Assembly: GCA_963559365.1 (NCBI GenBank)
Contig: CAUWKC010000004.1
Location: 8,431-72,430 of the forward strand
Length of the DNA stretch: 64,000 nucleotides
Direction: 5' to 3'
Origin: an uncultured Clostridia bacterium
GTDB taxonomy: Bacteria > Bacillota > Clostridia > TANB77 > CAG-508
The notes under the pieces were generated by a model. It did no database searches. It was not told the DNA's origin and worked only from the letters and a program-made list of their open reading frames with translations. The position numbers and the translations under genes are program-made. Of the stretch, positions 9,443-19,119 are shown piece by piece; the first letter of the stretch is position 1, and each line of letters starts with the position of its first letter.

Positions 9443-9958
9443 ATAAAACAAGATTTACCAATCAACAGACAAATCAGAGCAAAAGAAGTACAACTAATCG
9501 AAGATAACGGTCAAAAAGCAGGAGTTATTCCATTTGAAGAAGCTTTAGAAAAAGCAGAAAGCAAAAACTTAGACTTAGTATTAGTTGCTCCAAATACAAA
9601 TCCACCAGTTTGTAAAATTATGAACTATGGAAAATACAAATTTGAGCAAGCAAAAAAAGAAAAAGAAGCTAAGAAAAAACAAAAAGTTTTTGAAATAAAA
9701 GAATTAAGAGTAACCCCAAACATTGAAGAACATGACTTTGGTTTCAAATGTAAAAATGCCAAAAAATTTTTAACAGAAGGAAACAAAGTAAAAATAACAG
9801 TTCGATTTAGAGGTAGAGAAGTAAACAATGCCAAAGCAGGAGAACTTGTGTTAAACAAATTCATACAAGCATTAGAAGAAGTGGCAACTGTTGAAAAAGC
9901 ACCAAAGCTAGAAGGTAGAAACATGTTTACCATTTTAGCCAAAAAAACAGAAAAATAA
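9443..9958 (+). CDS. infC: translation initiation factor IF-3, probable non-canonical AUA start
   Basis: IKQDLPINRQIRAKEVQLI... matches the IF-3 N-terminus. GGAGG at 9430-9434 sits 8 nt before ATA 9443. The in-frame ATGs at 9425/9428 have no SD. Confidence 0.85.
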   Translation: MKQDLPINRQIRAKEVQLIEDNGQKAGVIPFEEALEKAESKNLDLVLVAPNTNPPVCKIMNYGKYKFEQAKKEKEAKKKQKVFEIKELRVTPNIEEHDFGFKCKNAKKFLTEGNKVKITVRFRGREVNNAKAGELVLNKFIQALEEVATVEKAPKLEGRNMFTILAKKTEK

Positions 9959-9980
9959 AGAAAACGAAAGGAGAATCATC

Positions 9981-10184
9981 ATGCCAAAATTAAAAACAAA
10001 CAAAGCTGCTAAAAAAAGATATTCATTAACAGCAACAGGAAAAGTAAAAAGAACAAAATCAAACAGAAGACACTTACTAGCAAACAAAACAAAAAGACAA
10101 AAAAAATCAGGAAAAATTCAAAATGCTTATGCAGACAAAACATGTGAAAATACAATCAAAAAATTATTACCATATGGTAACTAG
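9981..10184 (+). CDS. rpmI: 50S ribosomal protein L35
   Basis: MPKLKTNKAAKKRY..TGKVKR. Confidence 0.9.
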   Translation: MPKLKTNKAAKKRYSLTATGKVKRTKSNRRHLLANKTKRQKKSGKIQNAYADKTCENTIKKLLPYGN

Positions 10185-10214
10185 AAGAAAAAATAAAGAG
10201 GAAGGTGAAAATAA

Positions 10215-10565
10215 ATGGCAAGAGTAAAAACAGCAAGAACAACAAGAGCAAGACACAAAAAAGTACTAAAACAAGCAAAAGGATACTATGGAGCAAAAAG
10301 TTATAGATTTAGAAATGCAAACCAAGCAGTATTAAAATCTTTATCATATGCATATGTAGGAAGAAAAGACAAAAAAAGTAATTTCAGAAAACTATGGATT
10401 GCAAGAATCAATGCAGCAGCAAGAATGAATGGAACAACTTACAGCAAAATGATAGCAGGATTAAAAAAAGCAAATGTTACCATCAACAGAAAAATGTTAG
10501 CTGAAATTGCAGTATCTGATCCAAAAGCATTTACAGAAATCGCAGAAATAGCAAAAAAAGCATAA
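10215..10565 (+). CDS. rplT: 50S ribosomal protein L20
   Basis: MARVK....[15 protein letters not shown]. Confidence 0.95.
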   Translation: MARVKTARTTRARHKKVLKQAKGYYGAKSYRFRNANQAVLKSLSYAYVGRKDKKSNFRKLWIARINAAARMNGTTYSKMIAGLKKANVTINRKMLAEIAVSDPKAFTEIAEIAKKA

Positions 10566-10593
10566 ATCAATTTTTGGGACGGAGACAAAAAAG

Positions 10594-10629
10594 ACTGCCA
10601 AAGGGTATATCCTTTTTGGCAGTTTTTTG
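10594..10629 (+). terminator. rho-independent terminator after rplT
   Basis: ACTGCCAAAGG...CCTTTTTGGCAGT followed by TTTTT. It is preceded by a TTTTTGGGACGGAGA repeat word (10571-10585). Confidence 0.7.
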
Positions 10630-10636
10630 CATATAA

Positions 10637-11029
10637 TTATTGTTTTTTCATTTTAGGTTTTGAAATTAAAGAAGCTAAATATCCAAAAAATACAGCAGCA
10701 GCAATACCACCAGCAGCAGCCTTAACTCCACCAGTAAAAGCACCAACAAGACCATTTTGCATAACTCCCTCAATTGCACCTTTGGCTAAATTATAACCAA
10801 AACCAGTCAAAGGAACAGTAGCACCAGCACCGGCAAAATCAACTAAATATTGATAAATGCCTAAACCACCAAGAATAGCTCCAGTTGTAACAAAAATAAC
10901 TAAAATTCTAGCAGGTGTTAATTTGGTTTTATCGATTAAAATTTGACCAATTATACAAATAAGACCACCGGTAATAAAACACTTTAACAATATTACCAAA
11001 TCAAATACATTAGCCCAATTAATATCCAT
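10637..11029 (-). CDS. spoVAE: stage V sporulation protein AE
   Basis: Gly-rich 4-TM protein of 130 aa directly downstream of spoVAD. Typical SpoVAE sequence (GFGYNLAKGA). Confidence 0.8.
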   Translation of the reverse strand: MDINWANVFDLVILLKCFITGGLICIIGQILIDKTKLTPARILVIFVTTGAILGGLGIYQYLVDFAGAGATVPLTGFGYNLAKGAIEGVMQNGLVGAFTGGVKAAAGGIAAAVFFGYLASLISKPKMKKQ

Positions 11030-11045
11030 TATAAATTCTCCTTTC

Positions 11046-12047
11046 TTATACCTCTATACTAACTGCATGAGCAATACCAGGAATTGATTCTCCTTGTTGT
11101 GCAGTAGTAGAATTGGTTAAAGCACCAGTAGCAATTAATAATATTTTTTTCATTTTCTTTTCTTTTAATTGTTTAAATAAATATCCTGAAAACACAGTTC
11201 CACAACAAGCACAACCACTACCACCTGAATGAGTATCTTGTGCATTTTTATCATAAATTAAAACTCCACAATCATTATAATTAGATTTTATATTGTAACC
11301 TTGAGATTTAGAAATATCAATAGCAATTTCTTTTCCAACATGACCTAAATCACCACTAATAATCGCATCGTAATAACTAGGATTTCTACCAGTATCCAAA
11401 AAATGGCTAACTAATGTATCAACAAAAGCTGGAGCCATAGCAGCACCCATGTTATTAGCATCTTTAATCCCCATATCAACAATTTTTCCTGGTGTAATAT
11501 GAGTGATATATGGCCCTGAACCATCTTTTGACAAAATAGCTGCTCCAGAGCCAGTTACAGTCCATTGACTTGTAGGTGGTCTTTGATTTCCTAATTCTAA
11601 AGGGAAACGAAATTGCTTTTCCGCACTGCAAAAATGGCTAGAAGTAGCACATAATACATGATTAGCAAAACCTTCAATTGCAATAGCGCCTAAACTTAAA
11701 GACTCAACAAAAGTAGAACAAGCGCCAAATACACCAAAAAAAGGAATACTCAATTCACGCAAACCGAAACTAGTAGAAATACATTGGTTTAATAAATCAC
11801 CAGCAAAAATGCAATCAATTTCATTGGAAGGAACACCAGATTTTGAAACAACTGCATTAACAGTTTCTTTAATAATTTTACTTTCAGCTTTTTCCCAAGT
11901 TTTTTCACCCCAAAATTCATCATCCAAAGTTTGGTCAAAATATTTAGCTAAAGGACCTTGTGCTTCTTTTGGACCAACAATGGAGGCACAATCTAAAATT
12001 GTAGGAGGGGCATTAAATTTAATTGTTTGATTTCCTAACTTTTCCAA
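11046..12047 (-). CDS. spoVAD: stage V sporulation protein AD (thiolase-like fold)
   Basis: 333 aa with ...GDLLNQ..S..F.., GACST. and GGSGCACS-like GGSGCACCG motifs. Confidence 0.85.
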   Translation of the reverse strand: MEKLGNQTIKFNAPPTILDCASIVGPKEAQGPLAKYFDQTLDDEFWGEKTWEKAESKIIKETVNAVVSKSGVPSNEIDCIFAGDLLNQCISTSFGLRELSIPFFGVFGACSTFVESLSLGAIAIEGFANHVLCATSSHFCSAEKQFRFPLELGNQRPPTSQWTVTGSGAAILSKDGSGPYITHITPGKIVDMGIKDANNMGAAMAPAFVDTLVSHFLDTGRNPSYYDAIISGDLGHVGKEIAIDISKSQGYNIKSNYNDCGVLIYDKNAQDTHSGGSGCACCGTVFSGYLFKQLKEKKMKKILLIATGALTNSTTAQQGESIPGIAHAVSIEV

Positions 12048-12079
12048 AAAATCATCTCCAATCTATTTATTAAGATAAA

Positions 12080-12137
12080 ATTCGACATTTATCGACTTAA
12101 AATGTGAGACAAAAGAGAACTGTCCCTGTTGTCTCAT
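12080..12137 (+). repeat. copy of dispersed intergenic repeat (TCGACAT..GTGAGACA..CTGTCCC..TGTCTCA)
   Basis: TTCGACATTTATCGACTTAAAATGTGAGACAAAAGAGAACTGTCCCTGTTGTCTCAT lies between spoVAC and spoVAD and overlaps the spoVAC stop. Confidence 0.7.
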
Positions 12138-12598
12138 ACTAATGTAATGCTTTGTGTGTTGAAAATTAAGAATGTTATTCCGATTAGAATGGATGCTGAG
12201 ATACCGAATACTAAGACTGGTCCTGCTACGGTGAACATTTTTCCGCCTACTCCCATTATATAGCCTTCTGATTTGTATTCCATGGCTGGGGATACTATTG
12301 AGTTGGCAAATCCTGTTATTGGGATTAGGGAACCGGCTCCTGCAAATTTTCCGATTTTGTTGAATAGGTTGAGCCCTGTTAAAAAGGCTGCTATTCCTAT
12401 TAGTAAAATGGAAACAATTGTGCCTGATGTTTGGGTATCAAATCCTTTTTCTTTGCATATATTAAGTATGACTTGTCCTATGGTACAAATTAATCCTCCA
12501 ACCCAGAAGGCATTGAGACAGTTTTTTATTATTGGTGAGTTTGGTGATTTTTTGTCTACATAGTTTTGATAAGTTTGTTTGCTTTCTAATGGATTCAT
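12134..12598 (-). CDS. spoVAC: stage V sporulation protein AC
   Basis: 154-aa 4-TM protein (YQNYVDKKSPNSP..., GAGSLIPITGFANS) upstream of spoVAD/AE. Confidence 0.8.
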   Translation of the reverse strand: MNPLESKQTYQNYVDKKSPNSPIIKNCLNAFWVGGLICTIGQVILNICKEKGFDTQTSGTIVSILLIGIAAFLTGLNLFNKIGKFAGAGSLIPITGFANSIVSPAMEYKSEGYIMGVGGKMFTVAGPVLVFGISASILIGITFLIFNTQSITLV

Positions 12599-12621
12599 TG
12601 TATACCTCCTTATTTTTTTAT

Positions 12622-12840
12622 TTAATTTTTATTTCTGTTTAAGTCAAGGGTGAAGCTTATGTCTAAGTCAACGAAGTATTCGATGATTTTGTCACCATCT
12701 ATTTTTGCTCTTTGTTCTAAAATGGTTATTTCTGATAAATAGTCAATGGTTTTTGAGGCTTCTGAAATTGCTTTTACAATGGCGTCTTTCCAAGAAACCG
12801 TAGAGTTACCAGTTATTTTTAAGTGCTTTTTTATATCCAT
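12622..12840 (-). CDS. dodecin-family small protein
   Basis: KITGNSTVSWKDAI.KAI.EASKTI..L....I......I.GDKI.EY.V.L.ISF.L resembles the dodecin fold signature. Confidence 0.5.
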   Translation of the reverse strand: MDIKKHLKITGNSTVSWKDAIVKAISEASKTIDYLSEITILEQRAKIDGDKIIEYFVDLDISFTLDLNRNKN

Positions 12841-12867
12841 AATCGACCTCCAAATATCTTTTGTTTC

Positions 12868-12897
12868 TATCTTTTCCGAATTTTAGAAAAATTATAC
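12868..12897 (-). promoter_or_regulatory. possible forespore (sigma-F/G-type) promoter of the dodecin-spoVA operon
   Basis: The minus strand reads GTATA-15 nt-GGAAAAGATA, close to the GYATA-N15-GGnnAnAnTn forespore consensus. Weak, by eye. Confidence 0.3.
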
Positions 12898-12984
12898 GAA
12901 AGTGGTGGAAATTTTTGAAAAACAATTATATAATCTTAATTAATAGGTAAGTTAGGTAAGTAAAGTATGAAAAGAGGAATTTTT

Positions 12985-14277
12985 ATGGATAAGGTGAGAG
13001 AAACAGCTCTAAAGGTTTTATATGAAGTGGATAAAAAAGGAGCTTATTCAAATATTGCTTTAAATGAAATATTAAAAAGTGTAAGAAAATCAGGAAATGA
13101 AATTGATAATAGAGATGTTGGATTTATTTCTGAAATTGTTTATGGCACTGTTGCTTGGAAATTAACTATTGATGAAATTATCAAAAAATATTCTACAATT
13201 AAATTAAAAAAAATATCTCCATGGATAATTAATATTTTAAGAATGAGTATTTATCAAATTGTTTTTTTAGATAAGGTACCAAAATCCGCAGTTGTAAATG
13301 AAGGAGTTAATTTAGCTAAACGTTACGGACATCAAGGGAGCAAAAATTTTGTTAATGCTGTTTTAAGAAAAGTAGAGAAAAAAGATTATGAAGAATTTTT
13401 TGCAATAAAAAATGATGCAGAGAGAATTAGTAAAACAACATCTATGCCAGTATGGTTAGTGGAAAAATTAATTAAAGAAACTTCTATTCAAAAGGCGGAA
13501 GAAATTTGTAAAGCGTCTAATTTAAGACCAATATTATGGATTCGTACAAATACATTAAAGATAACGCCAGAAGAATTAAAAAACAGGTTGAATGAAGAAA
13601 AAATAGAAGCACAAATAGATGGTAATTTTTTAATTATACAAGGTATAAAAAATATAGAAAATTTATCACTTTTTAAAGAAGGGTTGTTCACTATACAAGA
13701 TAAAACAGCTGGTTTGATACCAGAAATGTTAAAAACAAAACCAGGAGAAAAAGTGCTAGATGCTTGTAGTAGTCCAGGAGGAAAAACAACATATATGGCA
13801 GAAAAAATGAAAAATCAAGGAGAAATTATTGCATGGGATATACATCCACATCGTGTAAAATTGGTTGAAGAAACATCAAAAAGATTAGGGATTACTATTA
13901 TAAAAACAGAAGAAAAAGATGCAACAAAATATGAAGAAAAATATAGAAATTATTTTGATAAAATTTTGTTAGATGTACCATGTTTAGGATTGGGAGTAAT
14001 TAAAAGAAAGCCAGACATTAAATGGCAAAAACAATCAGAAGATATAGAAGAAATAACTAAAATTCAAAAAAATATATTAAAAAATTGTTCAAAATATTTA
14101 AAAGATGGAGGAGAACTTGTGTATGCAACTTGTAGTATTTTAAAAGAAGAAAATGAAGAAGTAATATATGATTTTTTAGAAAATAATAAAACCTTTGAAA
14201 TGCTAGAAGAAATACAAATATACCCTAGTAAAAAAAATGATGGATTTTTTATGGCAAAATTGCAAAAAAAAGAATAA
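12985..14277 (+). CDS. rsmB: 16S rRNA (cytosine967-C5)-methyltransferase RsmB/Sun
   Basis: NusB-like N-terminus, DACSSPGGKT SAM motif, DVPCLGLGV and YATCS catalytic Cys motifs. ATG 12985 follows AAGAGGA. Confidence 0.85.
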   Translation: MDKVRETALKVLYEVDKKGAYSNIALNEILKSVRKSGNEIDNRDVGFISEIVYGTVAWKLTIDEIIKKYSTIKLKKISPWIINILRMSIYQIVFLDKVPKSAVVNEGVNLAKRYGHQGSKNFVNAVLRKVEKKDYEEFFAIKNDAERISKTTSMPVWLVEKLIKETSIQKAEEICKASNLRPILWIRTNTLKITPEELKNRLNEEKIEAQIDGNFLIIQGIKNIENLSLFKEGLFTIQDKTAGLIPEMLKTKPGEKVLDACSSPGGKTTYMAEKMKNQGEIIAWDIHPHRVKLVEETSKRLGITIIKTEEKDATKYEEKYRNYFDKILLDVPCLGLGVIKRKPDIKWQKQSEDIEEITKIQKNILKNCSKYLKDGGELVYATCSILKEENEEVIYDFLENNKTFEMLEEIQIYPSKKNDGFFMAKLQKKE

Positions 14278-14447
14278 AACAACTAATATTACAAAAATAT
14301 TACGATTTCTTTACAAGTCTGTTAAACATATTGACTTTTTGACAATTAATTATAAAATATAAGTATATTCGAAGCAATATGCAAATTATTCAAGTATGGA
14401 TTTAAAAAAAATGTAAAAAATAAAAATAGATTAAATAAAAGGAGAAA

Positions 14448-16076
14448 ATGATGGCAAAAGGAAGCTGCCTAGGGCTGTATATTGAAGAAAATTTAATTAA
14501 ATATGCAAAAGTTTCAAAAAACCATGATACTATAAAAGTAGAAGCATTTGGAATAAAAGTTTATGAAAAAATAGGAGAAGCAATTCAACAAATAATTCAT
14601 GAAACTTATAGTCAAAAAACACCAATAAGTATTAATTTGTCAGAAGAAATGTACAACTATTTTGATATGTTTTCTTTATTGACAAAAAATGACTTACAAA
14701 AAGCTATAAAAACTGAATTTGAATCTTTCTGTGCAGATAAAGGATATAATCCAAATGTATTTGAAACTCGATATGCCATTGTGCAAAACCAAGAAGACAA
14801 AGAAAAAATTCGAGTAATCCATATTGCAGATAACAAAATAGAAATGAACAAACAAACACAAATTGTAGAAGGATATCACTTAACAAACATATCACCTATA
14901 TCTATGTCAATTCCAAATTTGATAAATATTGATAAAAAAGAAAGTTGTTTAATTGTAAACATAGAAGATAAAACAACAATAACAACAATATTAGACTCTA
15001 AAATTTACAATGTAGATAAATTAGAAGAAGGAAGTGCAGAATTTTTAACAAAAATTAATGCAAGAGAAAATTCTTACTTAAATTCTTATGAAATTTGTAA
15101 AAACACAACAATATATACTTCAGAAGGAATTGAACTACAAGAAGAACAATCTGATTATTTAGAACAAATAATGCCAACATTATATAGTATAGTAGGAAAA
15201 GTAAGAGAAATTGTAAGAAAGAATGGAGAAAAAATCAGTAAAGTATATCTAACAGGAACAGCAGCTCTTATCAACAATATTGACTTATATTTCCAAGAAT
15301 ATTTAGATGATGTAGAATGTGAAATATTGAAACCTTATTTTATACAAACAGTAAGAGATATTAGTATCAAAGATTATATTGAAGTAAACTCTGCTATTTC
15401 TCTAGGATTAATGGGACTAGAAGAAGGAATAGAAGGAATGAATTTCAAACGTCAAACACTTGGCGACAAAATGCCAGATTGGTTGAAAATTGAAATTGGT
15501 TCACCAAAATCTACAGCAGATAAAAATAAATTAAGTGGAATTTTTACTTGGGATTTAGGACAAAAATTAGATGTAATAGAAACAAATTTAATGAGAGGCG
15601 CAATTGCATTAGTATTACTTGTAGTAATTTATAGTACTTTGTCAGGAATTTTAGCTTCTCAAATGAACAAAAAAGAAGCAGAAGCCCAAGAATCTATTGA
15701 TGCAACCAATTCAGAAATCAGTTTAGCTAGAGCTGATAATGAAGCAATTAAAAGTAAAACAAATGATTATACTAATTTATTAAAAAATTTAGAAGAAGCA
15801 AATAATAGAATCACAGATAGAAACAAAACAAGAAATGCAATTCCAAACCTATTAAATCAAATCATGTCAATTGTACCTGAAAATGTGCAATTAACATCAA
15901 TAGAAAACACATCTGATACACATATTGTAATTAATGCACAATCTAACAAGTATGAACAATTAGGTTATTTGAAAGCAAAAATAAAAACAGATGTTATTTT
16001 AACCAATGTAATTTCAACAGCAGGACAAAAAGACAATAATGTTGTTACTGTTAAAATAGAAGGAGATTTGCCATGA
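14448..16076 (+). CDS. pilM: type IV pilus assembly protein, PilM (actin-like) fused to a PilN-like TM/coiled-coil C-terminus
   Basis: N-terminal roughly 330 aa are PilM-like, then a single TM (ALVLLVVIYSTLSGIL) and a coiled coil. It sits at the head of the pilus cluster and overlaps the next gene by 4 nt. Confidence 0.6.
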   Translation: MMAKGSCLGLYIEENLIKYAKVSKNHDTIKVEAFGIKVYEKIGEAIQQIIHETYSQKTPISINLSEEMYNYFDMFSLLTKNDLQKAIKTEFESFCADKGYNPNVFETRYAIVQNQEDKEKIRVIHIADNKIEMNKQTQIVEGYHLTNISPISMSIPNLINIDKKESCLIVNIEDKTTITTILDSKIYNVDKLEEGSAEFLTKINARENSYLNSYEICKNTTIYTSEGIELQEEQSDYLEQIMPTLYSIVGKVREIVRKNGEKISKVYLTGTAALINNIDLYFQEYLDDVECEILKPYFIQTVRDISIKDYIEVNSAISLGLMGLEEGIEGMNFKRQTLGDKMPDWLKIEIGSPKSTADKNKLSGIFTWDLGQKLDVIETNLMRGAIALVLLVVIYSTLSGILASQMNKKEAEAQESIDATNSEISLARADNEAIKSKTNDYTNLLKNLEEANNRITDRNKTRNAIPNLLNQIMSIVPENVQLTSIENTSDTHIVINAQSNKYEQLGYLKAKIKTDVILTNVISTAGQKDNNVVTVKIEGDLP

Positions 16077-16807
16077 AAAAAGTATTAATGGTAGTTCTAA
16101 TTGGGCTGTTACTAGCACTTGGCATTTACATTGCTTTAAACGGTTTTCAAATTGGTAACGTGGAAGTACTTAGTTATCAGGGAATAGTAGAAAGAAATAA
16201 AAAACTAGATGAAAAGATTCAAGAATCTAGTAAATTAGCAGAAAAAGATTTTAAGCAAATTGTAAATGAAGTAAAAGAAAATAGCAAAAAATTAGAACAA
16301 CAGAAAAAAGAATATGAAGATATGACATTAGTTAGTACAGAAGGAGATGTACAAGCAGCAAACCAAATAGAAAGATATGAAGTAGAAACATTATGGGTAA
16401 AGCTAGGAAATTATGCAACTAGTGAAGGTGCTATTATGAGAATGGACATTGTAAAAGGAAGCGAAAACGCAGAAAATACTTACAACTTGAAATTTACTGT
16501 AAATGGTAGCTACATTTCAATAACAGACTTTATATCAGATATTGAAAATGACACTACATTAGGATTCAAAATTGAAGAATTCAAAATGGCACCATCAACT
16601 TCAGGACAAGATTTACAAGCAACATTTGTATGTAAAAATATTGCTATAAAAGATGTATCACAAACTAGTGATCCAAACATTGGATTACCAGAAGACAAAA
16701 ATAACACAACAAACACAACAAATACAACTAATAGCACAAACACAACAAATGACACAAATACGACAAATACTACTAACACAGAAAATACAACAAACACACA
16801 ATCATAA
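16073..16807 (+). CDS. PilO-like bitopic pilus assembly protein with Asn/Thr-rich tail
   Basis: N-terminal TM, coiled coil and C-terminal globular part. Position after pilM/N; ATGA overlap with the upstream gene. Confidence 0.4.
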   Translation: MKKVLMVVLIGLLLALGIYIALNGFQIGNVEVLSYQGIVERNKKLDEKIQESSKLAEKDFKQIVNEVKENSKKLEQQKKEYEDMTLVSTEGDVQAANQIERYEVETLWVKLGNYATSEGAIMRMDIVKGSENAENTYNLKFTVNGSYISITDFISDIENDTTLGFKIEEFKMAPSTSGQDLQATFVCKNIAIKDVSQTSDPNIGLPEDKNNTTNTTNTTNSTNTTNDTNTTNTTNTENTTNTQS

Positions 16808-16827
16808 AGAAAGGAAAGGAGACTAGA

Positions 16828-17283
16828 ATGGCTAAAAATATAATAAAAGAAATTATTATTGTATTATTATTATGTTTGGCAATCATTTTATTATTAGGAA
16901 TTTTATTATATGAATATGTTCCAATGGCAAAAACTATTCCAAATCCAGTTTCTTATACAACACCAGAAAATGTAAAAGAAGAATTAACAGAAGCAGGAGG
17001 AATTGATGAAAGTCAAGTTATTATGACATATGAAGTAGATTCTAATGATTTAAGCAATTACAAAAAAATTCAAGATTATAAGCCAGGAAAAGCAAATCCA
17101 TTTTCTTCTTATGAAACAGCAGGAACAAATCCATCAACTGGAAATGGAGCAACAGGACAAACCAATAGTTCTGCTGGAAGCACAAATACTCAAAATGGTT
17201 CTAGTCAAGGACCATCAACTACAGAGGAAAATACAACATCAACATCAGGAGGACAATTTTTCCAAAATAAAGGAACAAAATAA
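16828..17283 (+). CDS. membrane-anchored hypothetical protein, Ser/Thr/Gly/Asn-rich C-terminus
   Basis: N-terminal TM (IIIVLLLCLAIILLLGILLY), within the pilus cluster. SD GGAGA. Confidence 0.5.
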   Translation: MAKNIIKEIIIVLLLCLAIILLLGILLYEYVPMAKTIPNPVSYTTPENVKEELTEAGGIDESQVIMTYEVDSNDLSNYKKIQDYKPGKANPFSSYETAGTNPSTGNGATGQTNSSAGSTNTQNGSSQGPSTTEENTTSTSGGQFFQNKGTK

Positions 17284-17365
17284 ATTTAGTTTTTAACGTT
17301 ATATTGATGAAAAGTCAATATAAATCAAATATATTTTAAAATCAAAAGAAAAGGAGGAGAAAAAC

Positions 17366-17761
17366 ATGATGAAAAATCAAAAAGGTATTACTTTAATTGC
17401 ACTAGTAATCACTATCATCGTATTATTAATTTTAGCTGGGGTGTCTATAGCTATGCTTACAGGTGAAAATGGTATATTAAACCAAGCAGCTAGTGCTTCT
17501 GATGAAACTAAAATTAGTGAACAAAAAGAAGATGCAATGTTACAAGCTTCTGAATTAGTATCTAAATATTATGAAGAAAAATATGCTAAATCTAATTCAA
17601 CTGTAGAAGCTACAGCTGGAGCATATGTAAAAGCTCAATTCAAAGCAAAAGAAGGATCTTATACTTACTCTAGTCCAACAATCACATTATCAGCAGAGTC
17701 AAAAATAACAGGAGCAATACAAGATGATGGAACAATCAAATGGACAGATGCAAGATCTTAA
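17366..17761 (+). CDS. pilA: type IV (pre)pilin, probable major subunit
   Basis: MMKNQKG|ITLIALVITIIVLLILAGV class III signal. Strong SD AAGGAGGAG; strong terminator downstream. Confidence 0.75.
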   Translation: MMKNQKGITLIALVITIIVLLILAGVSIAMLTGENGILNQAASASDETKISEQKEDAMLQASELVSKYYEEKYAKSNSTVEATAGAYVKAQFKAKEGSYTYSSPTITLSAESKITGAIQDDGTIKWTDARS

Positions 17762-17794
17762 TTATTAAGTAAAATTGAAATAATAATGAAAAAA

Positions 17795-17830
17795 TAGCCA
17801 TACGCACACAAAGTGTGTATGGCTAAAATT
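17795..17830 (+). terminator. terminator/attenuator after pilin gene
   Basis: TAGCCATACGCACAC-aaa-GTGTGTATGGCTA hairpin followed by an A/T-rich tract. Confidence 0.65.
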
Positions 17831-17849
17831 AAAAATAGGAAAGAAAAAA

Positions 17850-18665
17850 ATGAACATAATCTTATACATAGTTATATTTATTATAGGAACTCTTTTTGGA
17901 AGTTTTTATACTTTAGCAGTATATCGTATTCCTAAAAGACAAGATATTATACATACACATTCTTATTGCCCTAATTGTAATCATAAATTAGGTTTTTTAG
18001 ACTTGTTTCCAATTATTAGCTATATATTTTTAAGAGGAAAATGTCGCTATTGTGGGCAAAAAATAAGACCACGTTATTTGTTATTAGAAATTTTATCAGG
18101 ATTATTATTTTTAGTAATGGCATTTGCTATGAAATTCAATATGCAAACATTAACAGTTACAAAAATAGCAGAATACTGCTTTATGGCATTATATTTGACA
18201 TTTATTGTATTAATAGCAGGAATTGATAAAGAAAACAGAAAAATGGACAAATTCGTGTTAGTTTATGGTATTATAATATCTATTATGTATATGTTATATC
18301 TATGCATAGTAGAAAAAGCTAGTATTTATAGATATGGTATATATTTAATTTTTTACATAATTGTTTTACTTTTAGATACAATAACTTTAAAGAGATATGC
18401 AAAAAATAGTTATGTAACAGGAATACTTAGTATGATTATCACTATGGCAATGTTTACTGGTGAATATGTAACAGCAAATGCAATAATATTCACACTTTTA
18501 ATTCTTTCTTTTTATTTATTAATTTATAAAATAAAAGAGAAAAAGAGAACAAGAATTAAAACAGAAAAACAAGTAGGTAATCAAATAAGTATAGGATTTT
18601 ATTTAGGAATTGCAAATGTTACTATGTTATTTGTTGTTTTATTCTTAAATAATTATAGAGGATAG
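17850..18665 (+). CDS. pilD: prepilin peptidase (A24 family)
   Basis: CPNCNHKL...CRYCGQKI zinc-finger-like N-terminus and a polytopic membrane body, adjacent to pilins. Confidence 0.8.
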   Translation: MNIILYIVIFIIGTLFGSFYTLAVYRIPKRQDIIHTHSYCPNCNHKLGFLDLFPIISYIFLRGKCRYCGQKIRPRYLLLEILSGLLFLVMAFAMKFNMQTLTVTKIAEYCFMALYLTFIVLIAGIDKENRKMDKFVLVYGIIISIMYMLYLCIVEKASIYRYGIYLIFYIIVLLLDTITLKRYAKNSYVTGILSMIITMAMFTGEYVTANAIIFTLLILSFYLLIYKIKEKKRTRIKTEKQVGNQISIGFYLGIANVTMLFVVLFLNNYRG

Positions 18666-18677
18666 AAGGAGAAAATC

Positions 18678-19118
18678 ATGAAAAATAAAGGAGAAAATGG
18701 ATATACCGTAATAGATATAGCAATTGCTATTGTAGTTATTTTCATATTTGTTTCTTTAATAGCTATCTTATCTTATAATTTAAATAGTTCATCTAAAGAA
18801 ATAGAACTAAAATCAGAAGCAACTGCACTTGCAGTTGAAGCAATTGAAGAAATGAAAAATATTAATTTTGAAGATATTGCAAATAGAAGTGAAAAAAATG
18901 GAAATAGTCAGTACTTTCCTACAGATACAAGCAAAGAAACTGAAGAAATTCAAGGTAAAGAGGGATTTTTCAAAAGAGTTATTATTCAAGATTATGCAGA
19001 TATTAGTGAAGGAAAAGTGCCAGGACTTGTAAAAAAAGTAACAGTACAAATTCAATATAGATTTAAAAAAGATATACAAACAGTAGAATTGACTACTATT
19101 ATGTCAAAGGAGAAATAA
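18678..19118 (+). CDS. minor pilin/pseudopilin
   Basis: ...GENG|YTVIDIAIAIVVIFIFV prepilin-type N-terminus. Confidence 0.6.
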   Translation: MKNKGENGYTVIDIAIAIVVIFIFVSLIAILSYNLNSSSKEIELKSEATALAVEAIEEMKNINFEDIANRSEKNGNSQYFPTDTSKETEEIQGKEGFFKRVIIQDYADISEGKVPGLVKKVTVQIQYRFKKDIQTVELTTIMSKEK

Positions 19119-19119
19119 T

